From the NCBI GenBank assembly GCA_904501965.1, contig CAJGCS010000001.1, forward strand, positions 1-33,481: a stretch of 33,481 nt of DNA, given 5' to 3'. The translations under genes and the position numbers were made by a program. Positions 16,465 to 25,145 of the stretch are shown piece by piece. Below the pieces are notes generated by a model. The model was given only the letters and a program-made list of their open reading frames with translations. It was not told the origin of the DNA and did not search any database. Position 1 is the stretch's first letter. Each line of letters begins with the position of its first letter. The stretch comes from an uncultured Bacilli bacterium. Its GTDB lineage: Bacteria > Bacillota_I > Bacilli_A > ML615J-28 > CAG-313.

Positions 16465-17730
16465 ATGAAACTAAATAAATTTACACAACCTGGAGAAAAT
16501 GTTAGATATTGGTATAATCAAGAAGAAATTGATATTCCAGAATTTAAATATAACGAAAGTGATTTAAGAGGAGCGTGGGTATCAAATGTTGCTAATATAG
16601 ATACACCAAGAGGATTACCTATAGAAGAATACAAAGCGGCTTTAGATAGAATTATTAATAAAGCGGCTGAATATAATATGAATGCTCTTATATTTCAAGT
16701 ACGTCCTACAAATGATGCTTATTACCCATCAAAACTAAATCCATGGTCTCGTTTTATTACAGGAACTGAAGGACAAGATCCAGGATTTGATGTTTTAGAA
16801 TATGTTATTAATGAAGCTGGCAAAAAAGGAATTCGCATTCATGCATGGATGAATCCTTATCGTGTTGGTATGAAACCTATTGATGAATATGGATCAAAAG
16901 AAGCTTACTTAGAAACTTTATCTGAAAACAACTGGGCTAGACTTCATCCAGAACATACTATTTTAGATGGATTAAATAAAGTTATTTTATCTCCATCTCA
17001 TCCTGAAGTTATTAAATTTGTTACTGACTCAATTATGGAAGTTGTAAATAATTATGATGTTGATGGCGTACATATTGATGACTACTTCTATCCTTATGCA
17101 AAAATAGAAGAAGAAAAAGAAATGGATGACTATTTAAAATATCGTGATACTCCTGAACAATCATTTGATGACTTTAGAAGATCTAATGTTGATAAGATGA
17201 TTAAGAGTATTCATGACGCTATGAAAAATTCGCTTAACAAAAAAGGAAATAAAATCGAATTTGGTATTAGCCCATTCGCGATATATCGTTCTAATATCCT
17301 AATTGATCCTGAAACAGGATGGGAAAAAGGTTCATTCCACTCTAAAGGAGTTCTACAATGTTATTTAGGTTTATATTCTGATATTTATCGTTGGATGAAA
17401 GAAGGATGGATTGACTATGTTGTTCCACAACTTTATTTCCCATTTGAAAGACCTGATGTTACATATCATGATTTAACTGCATGGTGGGCAGAAATTTCAA
17501 AAGAAACTGGCACAAAACTTTATACTGGTAATGCGATTTATCAAATGGGTACTCCTGAAAAGAAAGAATGGCAAAATCCAGATGAAATTAAAAATCAATT
17601 ATCTTTCAATTCAAATTTTGAAAATATTAAAGGTTCAATTTTCTTTACATTTAGAGATTTCTTTGAAGGAGAAAATGAAATTAAAAATAAAGCACTTGAG
17701 TCATTAAAGGCTCTTTGGTGCCAAAAATAG
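16465..17730 (+). CDS. GHL10 glycosidase-like protein C: catalytic domain only, no signal peptide (predicted cytoplasmic)
   Basis: RGAWVSNVANID, FQVRPTNDAYYPS..NPWS, HAWMNPYR, DGVHIDDYFYP and WIDYVVPQLY. The 421-aa protein has no N-terminal hydrophobic segment and no C-terminal accessory domains. It starts 4 nt after the previous stop. Confidence 0.8.
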   Translation: MKLNKFTQPGENVRYWYNQEEIDIPEFKYNESDLRGAWVSNVANIDTPRGLPIEEYKAALDRIINKAAEYNMNALIFQVRPTNDAYYPSKLNPWSRFITGTEGQDPGFDVLEYVINEAGKKGIRIHAWMNPYRVGMKPIDEYGSKEAYLETLSENNWARLHPEHTILDGLNKVILSPSHPEVIKFVTDSIMEVVNNYDVDGVHIDDYFYPYAKIEEEKEMDDYLKYRDTPEQSFDDFRRSNVDKMIKSIHDAMKNSLNKKGNKIEFGISPFAIYRSNILIDPETGWEKGSFHSKGVLQCYLGLYSDIYRWMKEGWIDYVVPQLYFPFERPDVTYHDLTAWWAEISKETGTKLYTGNAIYQMGTPEKKEWQNPDEIKNQLSFNSNFENIKGSIFFTFRDFFEGENEIKNKALESLKALWCQK

Positions 17731-17741
17731 TTAAAAATAAG

Positions 17742-17775
17742 TGGTGGTTTTTTATGAAAACCACCATTTTTATTT
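17742..17775 (+). terminator. strong rho-independent terminator
   Basis: TGGTGGTTTT (17742-17751), loop TTATG, then AAAACCACCA (17757-17766), followed by TTTTTATTTTC. Confidence 0.85.
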
Positions 17776-17855
17776 TCATTTTTAAGGTTAAATTTAAGTA
17801 TATTTTAGTTTTAGAAATTAATAAAAAAATACTTTTTGTTTTTAAGTTGTTTGAC

Positions 17856-17884
17856 TTGAATAAAAACGCTTTCTTTGGTATAAT
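17856..17884 (+). promoter_or_regulatory. sigma-A promoter with extended -10 for the GH20/ABC operon
   Basis: TTGAAT (17856-17861), a 17-nt spacer ending in TGg (17876-17878), then TATAAT (17879-17884). A GAGGTGA RBS precedes the ATG at 17936. The spacer contains a cre-like element, TAAAAACGCTTTCT (17861-17874). Confidence 0.65.
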
Positions 17885-17935
17885 AAGTATATCATAGACG
17901 AGTATGTCTTGAACGACTAGAAATGAGGTGACTTT

Positions 17936-19774
17936 ATGTTTAAATCTATTAAAATTGTACCCGTACCAAAAGTATTGAAACTAGAAGATGGGTATTTTAT
18001 TTTGCCTGAAATTGTAACAATTTCTTTCAAAAACTTTGTTAAAGATTTGAATATGTTAAGAGTAATAAAAGCGTTTAGTAAATATTTACCTTCATTCAAA
18101 GTTCAAAACGACTTGTCTTGTGTAAACTTTATTAAAACTGATATTTTAGATAGTGCTTATGAAATCAAAGTAGAAAAAGATCAAATCAATGTTTTTGCAA
18201 GTACTGCATCGGGAATGTTTTACGCTATTCAAACATTAAAACAAATTACTTTTGAAAATAAAGTTAAATGTTGTTATATTAGCGATTACCCTGATTTAAA
18301 AGTCAGAGGGGCAATGCTTGATATAAGTAGAAGTAAAGTTCCTAAGGTAGAAACAATCAAACAGATATTTGATATGCTTGCTTTTTTAAAGTTTAATCAT
18401 GTTGAGTTATATGTTGAAGGATTCTCATATGAATATAAGAGTTTTCCGAATGTCTTAAAAGATGGAAACTATTTAACTGTTGATGAATATAAACTTCTTG
18501 AATCGTATGCGTTTGAAAATTTCTTGGATTTTGTTCCAAATCAAAATGGCTTTGGCCATATGGGTGATTGGCTTCAACTAGATGAGTATAAAGATTTAGC
18601 TGAATGTGTTGACGGATTCACAATCTGGGGTGCATGGCGAAAGACAACAACTTTAAACCCACTTGATGATAGGTCAATTGAACATGTTAAAAAGATGTAT
18701 GCAGATATGATCCCTATTACTAAGTCAAATTATTTCCACATGAATTTTGATGAACCTTATGAGCTTGGACATGGTAAGTCAAAAGAAAAAACTGCTGAGT
18801 CTTCAGTAGAAGATGTATATATTGATTATTTGCATAAACTTTCAAGTGTTGTAAAAGGATATGGAAAAACACCACTTATTTGGGGTGATGTTGTAATTAA
18901 ACATCCCGAAGCAATTAAAAAAATTGATGAAGATATTATCCTAGTCGATTGGGGATACACAAAAACATATCCATTTGAACCACACGCAAAAATGCTTCAT
19001 GAACAAGAAAGAAAGTTCATGTTAGCAGGTGGAACAAGTACTTGGGGAGTTATTACTAGCAGATATCAAGATATGTATGAATCAATTAAAAACTCATGTG
19101 AAAATTCATTTAAATATGGTGGACTTGGTACAATAACTACCGATTGGGGAGATATTGGTCACTTACAATATTTACCTAATTCATATTTGGGATTTATTCA
19201 TGCATCGCTATTTAACTGGAATCAAAGTATTACAGAAGAAGAACATAACGATGTATTTGAAGATGCACTTGAAAAATTTGTTGGTGCTGATGTAAAGGAA
19301 GCTTTATTAAAACTTTCGAGATATACAGAGCTTGAAGGTGAATATAGAGACTATGGAAGTAGATTATTTTATCATATCCTTTGGGCAGAGCACGCACAAA
19401 ATAATGAATCACCACTTGATTTCTTCTTAACAAAGATGAAGAGCAACTATTTAAGTGTTGATTCTCAAAATAAAATATCAGATTTATTAAATGAAGTATA
19501 TGAAAAATTGTTTAAACTAGAAAGCCTTGAAGCAAAAGAATTATTAAATTCAATAAGCTTACTTAAGACTTTACTAGAAATTAATAAAAAGCTTCAAGCT
19601 TCTTGTACTGATTTTAGGAGTGAAATTAGTGCGCTAGATGACTTCGAAGCAAATCATCTTGCTCTTTGGAATAATCGTAACAAAGAAGCAGGTTTTAAAT
19701 TCTCTATTAATCGTATTAAATGGTTAAAACAAATATTAGTTCAAATAGAAATGAAGGGAGACAAAAATGAGTAG
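17936..19774 (+). CDS. GH20-family beta-N-acetylhexosaminidase-like protein, cytoplasmic
   Basis: GH20b N-domain pattern IVPVPKVLKLEDGYFIL...YEIKVEKDQINVFASTASGMFYAIQTLKQI. The catalytic domain has VRGAMLDISRSKVP (compare RGxMLDxxRHF) and a D-E pair in HMNFDEPYELG (compare H(I/L)GGDE). No signal peptide is present. Confidence 0.75.
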   Translation: MFKSIKIVPVPKVLKLEDGYFILPEIVTISFKNFVKDLNMLRVIKAFSKYLPSFKVQNDLSCVNFIKTDILDSAYEIKVEKDQINVFASTASGMFYAIQTLKQITFENKVKCCYISDYPDLKVRGAMLDISRSKVPKVETIKQIFDMLAFLKFNHVELYVEGFSYEYKSFPNVLKDGNYLTVDEYKLLESYAFENFLDFVPNQNGFGHMGDWLQLDEYKDLAECVDGFTIWGAWRKTTTLNPLDDRSIEHVKKMYADMIPITKSNYFHMNFDEPYELGHGKSKEKTAESSVEDVYIDYLHKLSSVVKGYGKTPLIWGDVVIKHPEAIKKIDEDIILVDWGYTKTYPFEPHAKMLHEQERKFMLAGGTSTWGVITSRYQDMYESIKNSCENSFKYGGLGTITTDWGDIGHLQYLPNSYLGFIHASLFNWNQSITEEEHNDVFEDALEKFVGADVKEALLKLSRYTELEGEYRDYGSRLFYHILWAEHAQNNESPLDFFLTKMKSNYLSVDSQNKISDLLNEVYEKLFKLESLEAKELLNSISLLKTLLEINKKLQASCTDFRSEISALDDFEANHLALWNNRNKEAGFKFSINRIKWLKQILVQIEMKGDKNE

Positions 19775-22700
19775 AACTAACTTAAAACACATTAAGCGTA
19801 TATTTACAATCGTTATGGTCGCATGTGCTGGTATCTTAGCCTTCTCTAACTTTAAAGGATTAAATAAAGTTGTTGCAGAAGAAAATCCAGAAATCAGTTT
19901 TGACGATGTATCAACATACGTAGATAATGAATATGATAGTTACTTAGAAGAACAATATTATAATCATGCTGAAAAACAAAAAGAATATACTATTGTTACT
20001 TCTGACATTAATCCTATTAATGCAAGTAACTATCATAAAGAAGGAACAGACATTTATTATAATGGTGATTTTGTTACAATTAAAGCAATTATAAGTAATG
20101 GTTATTTGTTCAAAGAAGAATCAACTTCATATAATTATGATACAGATATATATGAAGTTATTAATATCAATGATATTAATAAAGATGAAGGTGTTTCTTT
20201 AGATTTAATTGCAAGCAAAACAGTTATCTTAAAACAAGATAATGAAGATGGTTCTTCCACTTATTATCGTGAAAATGTAAAACTTGCAAATCTTCAAAAT
20301 GTTAAATTTGACGAAATGCTTCTTCAACAAGATGAAGGTAAAGTTACTTGGGAAGTAGTTGTTCCTAAAGCTGGTTTTTATAACTTAGCTATGAGTTATT
20401 ATCCAATTACAGGTAACAGTTCAAATATTGAAAGAAGTTTAGCAATTAACGGTAAGATTCCATTTGATGGTGCCGACACATTCTCATTCTCAAGAATTTG
20501 GCAAGACCGTGAAAGCTCTTATGAATTTGATGAAAATGGAAATAAAATTGGTTTAAAAACAGACGTTAAAGGAAATGATTTAAAACCTAAACAAGTTGAA
20601 AATCCATATTTAATTTCTTCATATTTTAGAGATGATATGGGATATGTAAATGAACCATATATGTTCTATTTTAATGAAGGTCCAAACTATATTACATTTG
20701 TTTCTGTAAAAGAACCAGTATTAATTGATCAACTAATTCTTGAAGGAAAAACAGTCTATTCAACATGGAAATTTGGAGATATAGATACTAACATTGAAGT
20801 TAACTACAATGATGAAGTTGTTTTCAAAGAAAATATTGTTGTAGAAAACGGACAAGAACGTAAAGTTACTTCATGGTGGATTAATGATAAAGATACAAAA
20901 ATCGAACACAAAGATGTTGAACCAGTTAAAGCATTAAAACAAAAAGGTATTTTAACTTATAAAGAGTATCTTGAATTGCATAAAGATAAAAAGAATGCAA
21001 CTAGTTCACCTGCAAGAATTGAAGCAGAAAATACATTCACAAAATCATCTCCAACACTTTACCCATCAACAGATAGATCAAGTTCACAAACTTATCCATT
21101 CTCATATACTACAACAAAACTTAATGTTATTGGTGGTACAAACTGGCAAGTTTTAGGTGACTGGATCACATGGCAAGTAACAGTTCCAGAAGATGGTTTC
21201 TACAACATTTCAATGCGTGCTAAACAAAATATGGTAAGAGGTATGTACTCAAGCCGTAAAGTTTACATCAATGATGAAATCTTATTCGATGAACTAAATG
21301 ACGTACAATTTAAATACAAAAACAATTGGCAAATCGTTACATTAGGTAATGATACAGAAGACTTCTTATTCTATTTAGAAGCAGGTCAAACTTATACAAT
21401 TAAAATGGAAGTTACTCTTGGACAATATGCACCACTTATCGAAGACTTACAAGTATGTATCGATGAATTAAGTGCAATTTATCGTATGATTATTGCTCAT
21501 ACAACTGTAACTCCTAAAGCTGGTACTGACTACCAACTTAAGAAAAATTTCCCATCACTTGAAAGTGATTTAATTAGAAACCGTGATGAGCTTGTAAGAA
21601 TTTCAAATGAAATTAGTGCAATCTCAGGTGGTAAGAGTGATAAAACAGGTGTAATTGATAACGTAGTTATTCAATTAAAAGACTTCATTAAAGACGTTGA
21701 AATTATTCCTACTCGTCTAAGTACATTTAGTAGTAACGTATCATCACTTGGTACATTACTTAATACATTAAGAGAGTTACCTTTACAACTTGACTGGGTT
21801 TGGGTTCATGCGCCTGAAGAAAAACTTCCAGCCGCAAATGAAAACTTCTTCAGAAAGATTTGGGACTCTGTTGTATCATTCGTTCTTTCATTCTTCCTTG
21901 ACTATTCTTCAATCAGCCAAACTGAAGAACAAGAAATAGTAGGTGAAGTAGTTGATATCGATGTTTGGATGACACTTGGTCGTGACCAAGCAAACGTTAT
22001 CAGAAGTTTGATTGATACGGACTTCGCGAAGAAAAATCCAAATATTCGCGTTGAATTAAAACTAACTGCGGGTGATGTATTATTAAAAGCAACACTTGCA
22101 GGTATTGGGCCAGATGTTGCCTTAAACGTTGATTCATCTTTACCAGTAAACTATGCATTAAGAAATGCAGTTATGGATTTATCAGATCGAATCTATGAAT
22201 ATGAATATAAATTAGAAACAAAAGATGGCAAACTTGCTCTTGGTAAGGATAAATTACCAATCCTTGCTAAAGATTCATCAGGTTCTTATACATATGCTAC
22301 TGATAGTTTAGGTAATAAGGTTATCCAAGCGACTTATTTACTTGCAGAAGATATGAAAAAATCTAGTGATTCATCTTTACCAACAGTTACTGATATTCAA
22401 TTATTTATGAATAGAACTTATCCAACATATTTTGATGCTTTAAGAGAAGAAATTAGATCAAAAGGTGTTGAAGAAAGTGCTGTTGAAAAAGAATTAATAG
22501 TTTTATTAAGCACTGAAGTTGTTATGAAAGCAGGTATGGCAATTCCAACATACTTATATGAATTATATCCTTCAATGTTTAGTGTATTAAGAAATATTGA
22601 CAATTCAAAAATTGTATCTAAACTTGTTAAAGATCAAGACTTCTTAATGATTCCTCAATATACTGATTTTAACTTCTGGGAACAAACAGGTGTTTATAAT

Positions 22701-23765
22701 CATGCAAATAATGTATATATGGAAAGTTCATTAAGACAATTCCAATTCCAATATGATTATAAAGATGGTACTTCAGGTTATGGAACTTATTCACTTCCTG
22801 AAAAACAAATCTTCTTAATGATGTTCGTTCGTGATGATATTATGAATGAACTTGGTTTAACTGAAATGATACCTGATACTTGGGATGAAATGATTGACTT
22901 AATTGCAGAATTACAAACTGACCAATTACAATTCTATCTACCAGTTAACTCTGAAGGTGCATCAGCACTTAACCCAATTTTCGTATCTAAGTTATATCAA
23001 CAAGGTGCAAGCATTTATGCATCTGATAATAGATCTACAGGTTTCAAGAGTGATGAAGCTATGAAAGCATTTGAAGAATGGACAGAATATTACACATTAT
23101 ATTCATTCCCATTAGCTGCTAACTTTACAAACCGTTTCCGTTCTGGTGAACAACCAATCGGTATTTCTTATTATGAATTATATAATACACTAAGTGTATT
23201 TGCTCCTGAGCTTAAAGGTCGTTGGTCATTCCATCAAATTCCTGGTACTCAAAAAGAAATTGAACTAGTAGATGATAATGGCAATAAGACTGGTGAAACA
23301 GTTGAATATATTGACAGAACAGCAGTAGCATCTGGTACAGGTTGTGTTATGATGAGACAATCTGGTGGTTCTGCAAAACATCAACAAGATTCTATGGACG
23401 CTGCTTGGGAATTTATGAAATGGTGGTCTTCAGCTGAAACACAAACTTCATTCGGTCGTGAAATGGAAGGTATCTTAGGTTCAGCAGCAAGACATACTAC
23501 TGCAAACGTTAAAGCATTACAACAACTTGCATGGAAGAAATCTGACCTTACTGTATTAATGCAACAATGGTCTTCAGTACATGAAATTCCACAAATCGCA
23601 GGTAGTTACATTACTGGTCGTGAAATCGAAAATGCATATCGTCAAGTAATTAATAACGGTTATAATCCTCGTGAAGTATTATATGAATATGCAGGAAAAA
23701 TTGATATTGAAATTGATAGAAAACGTCAAGAGTTTGGCTTAAAGATGTCAGGCGAAGGCAATTAA
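19767..23765 (+). CDS. giant (1332-aa) extracellular solute-binding protein with two N-terminal CBM6/35-like beta-sandwich modules fused to a family-1 sugar SBP
   Basis: N-terminal signal/anchor IFTIVMVACAGILAF. CBM-like module 1 lies at about 20300-20760 (KVTWEVVVPKAGFYNLAMSYYP...). CBM-like module 2 lies at about 21010-21425 (ARIEAENTFT...DWITWQVTVPEDGFYNISMRA...YTIKMEV). The SBP fold runs from about 21950 (VDIDVWMTLGRDQANVIRSLI..FAKKNPNIRVELK...GPDVALNV) to the end, with a large insert. A GGGAG RBS is present and the start overlaps the GH20 stop by 8 nt. Confidence 0.75.
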   Translation: MSRTNLKHIKRIFTIVMVACAGILAFSNFKGLNKVVAEENPEISFDDVSTYVDNEYDSYLEEQYYNHAEKQKEYTIVTSDINPINASNYHKEGTDIYYNGDFVTIKAIISNGYLFKEESTSYNYDTDIYEVININDINKDEGVSLDLIASKTVILKQDNEDGSSTYYRENVKLANLQNVKFDEMLLQQDEGKVTWEVVVPKAGFYNLAMSYYPITGNSSNIERSLAINGKIPFDGADTFSFSRIWQDRESSYEFDENGNKIGLKTDVKGNDLKPKQVENPYLISSYFRDDMGYVNEPYMFYFNEGPNYITFVSVKEPVLIDQLILEGKTVYSTWKFGDIDTNIEVNYNDEVVFKENIVVENGQERKVTSWWINDKDTKIEHKDVEPVKALKQKGILTYKEYLELHKDKKNATSSPARIEAENTFTKSSPTLYPSTDRSSSQTYPFSYTTTKLNVIGGTNWQVLGDWITWQVTVPEDGFYNISMRAKQNMVRGMYSSRKVYINDEILFDELNDVQFKYKNNWQIVTLGNDTEDFLFYLEAGQTYTIKMEVTLGQYAPLIEDLQVCIDELSAIYRMIIAHTTVTPKAGTDYQLKKNFPSLESDLIRNRDELVRISNEISAISGGKSDKTGVIDNVVIQLKDFIKDVEIIPTRLSTFSSNVSSLGTLLNTLRELPLQLDWVWVHAPEEKLPAANENFFRKIWDSVVSFVLSFFLDYSSISQTEEQEIVGEVVDIDVWMTLGRDQANVIRSLIDTDFAKKNPNIRVELKLTAGDVLLKATLAGIGPDVALNVDSSLPVNYALRNAVMDLSDRIYEYEYKLETKDGKLALGKDKLPILAKDSSGSYTYATDSLGNKVIQATYLLAEDMKKSSDSSLPTVTDIQLFMNRTYPTYFDALREEIRSKGVEESAVEKELIVLLSTEVVMKAGMAIPTYLYELYPSMFSVLRNIDNSKIVSKLVKDQDFLMIPQYTDFNFWEQTGVYNHANNVYMESSLRQFQFQYDYKDGTSGYGTYSLPEKQIFLMMFVRDDIMNELGLTEMIPDTWDEMIDLIAELQTDQLQFYLPVNSEGASALNPIFVSKLYQQGASIYASDNRSTGFKSDEAMKAFEEWTEYYTLYSFPLAANFTNRFRSGEQPIGISYYELYNTLSVFAPELKGRWSFHQIPGTQKEIELVDDNGNKTGETVEYIDRTAVASGTGCVMMRQSGGSAKHQQDSMDAAWEFMKWWSSAETQTSFGREMEGILGSAARHTTANVKALQQLAWKKSDLTVLMQQWSSVHEIPQIAGSYITGREIENAYRQVINNGYNPREVLYEYAGKIDIEIDRKRQEFGLKMSGEGN

Positions 23766-23779
23766 TAAGGAGGAATAAA

Positions 23780-25144
23780 ATGGATATAGCATTATATATT
23801 ATATTTGGTATTTCAGTTGTTGCATTAGCAGTTTTATTCTTCTTTGTATTAAAAGGAGCTAAGAAAAAAACTGGTGGTTTCCAAAAAGAAATCAAAGCTC
23901 CTAAAGTTAAAAAACCTGAAAAATCTCGTGAAGAAAAAGCACGAGAAAAAGCAGAATTAAAAGCTGCAATGAAAGTTAAAAGAGCTGAATGGAAAGCTGA
24001 AGATAAAATATTCGATGATAAGTGCAAAGCTAATATTGTTGAGTTCAAAAAAGAAGTTAAAGAGAAAAAACCTCGTTACTTAGAACTTAAAAAAGCATAT
24101 CATGAAACAGTTAAATCTAAGAAAAATGATCAAGCAATTATTGATGAATATGTAGCTTATAGTAAAGAATATGAACGCTTACTTCAAAAGTTAAGAATCG
24201 AAAAAGATCGTATTTCTTTAATCAAGAAAGTTGATAGATGGAGTAAACGTGGAGGCAAATTAAGAAGGGAAATATTCGTTAAGAGACAATATTACTATTT
24301 AGTAGCTCCTTATACAATTTTATTCTTCATATTTACTGTTTTACCAGTTTTAATGTCTTTAGTATTAAGTTTCACAAACTTCAACTTACTTGAATTCCCA
24401 GACTGGGTTGGATGGGATAACTACATGCAATTATTCGTTAACGATAAAGTATTTATTATCGCTCTTCGTAATACTGCATTACTTGCTGTTGTAACTGGTC
24501 CACTTAGTTATATTATGGCATTCGTATTCGCATGGCTAATTAATGAATTAAAACCTCTTCTAAGAAGTTTCATGACATTAATCTTCTATGCTCCATCTAT
24601 TTCAGGTAACGTATACTTAATCTGGAAATTAATTTTCTCAAGTGATATTTATGGTTATGCTAATGCATACTTAATTCAATTTGGTATCATTGATGAACCA
24701 ATCACTTGGTTACAAGATTCAACATATATTATTTGGATCTTAATTATCGTACAATTATGGTTATCACTTGGTGTAAGTTTCTTATCATTCATCGCTGGTT
24801 TACAAAGTGTTGATAGAATTTACTACGAAGCTGGTGCTATCGATGGTATTAAAAACCGTTGGCAAGAATTATGGTACATAACTCTTCCACAAATGAAATC
24901 ACAATTATTATTCGGTGCCGTAATGCAAATTACATCGAGTTTGTCGGTAGCTGCGGTATCAATAAATATCGCCGGATTCCCGTCAATCGAGTATGCCGGA
25001 CACACAATTATTACTCACTTAATGGACTTCGGTAACCTAAGAATGGAAATGGGTTATGCGTCTGCAATTGCAACTATCTTATTCATTATCATGATTGTTG
25101 CAAATATGTTAGTAAGAAAAATTTTAAGAAGGATAGGTTCATAG
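23780..25144 (+). CDS. carbohydrate ABC transporter permease (MalF/CUT1-like) with a 170-aa N-terminal extension
   Basis: AGGAGG RBS. The core from about aa 171 has 6 TM segments and the EAA-type loop YYEAGAIDGIKNRWQELWYITLPQM. It is preceded by an extra TM helix (aa 4-24) and about 145 aa of Lys/Glu-rich helical sequence. Confidence 0.85.
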   Translation: MDIALYIIFGISVVALAVLFFFVLKGAKKKTGGFQKEIKAPKVKKPEKSREEKAREKAELKAAMKVKRAEWKAEDKIFDDKCKANIVEFKKEVKEKKPRYLELKKAYHETVKSKKNDQAIIDEYVAYSKEYERLLQKLRIEKDRISLIKKVDRWSKRGGKLRREIFVKRQYYYLVAPYTILFFIFTVLPVLMSLVLSFTNFNLLEFPDWVGWDNYMQLFVNDKVFIIALRNTALLAVVTGPLSYIMAFVFAWLINELKPLLRSFMTLIFYAPSISGNVYLIWKLIFSSDIYGYANAYLIQFGIIDEPITWLQDSTYIIWILIIVQLWLSLGVSFLSFIAGLQSVDRIYYEAGAIDGIKNRWQELWYITLPQMKSQLLFGAVMQITSSLSVAAVSINIAGFPSIEYAGHTIITHLMDFGNLRMEMGYASAIATILFIIMIVANMLVRKILRRIGS

Positions 25145-25145
25145 T

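Noticed and set aside
17715-18099. ORFs 17715..17897+ and 17917..18099- in the GHL10-C/GH20 intergenic region.
   Set aside because: The first runs straight through a strong terminator hairpin and the downstream promoter. The second is antisense to the GH20 start and RBS. Neither has an RBS.
19815-19826. A possible lipobox (MVAC) in the giant SBP signal sequence.
   Set aside because: The -3 residue is Met and the hydrophobic stretch continues past the Cys (AGILAFSNF). Lipoprotein and signal-anchor cannot be told apart by eye, so I left this as an open point rather than a feature.
23650-24048. A 132-aa minus-strand ORF spanning the SBP/permease junction.
   Set aside because: It is the antisense image of the Lys/Glu-rich permease extension (AAA/GAA codons read as Phe/Leu/Ser) and overlaps two well-supported + strand genes and their RBS.
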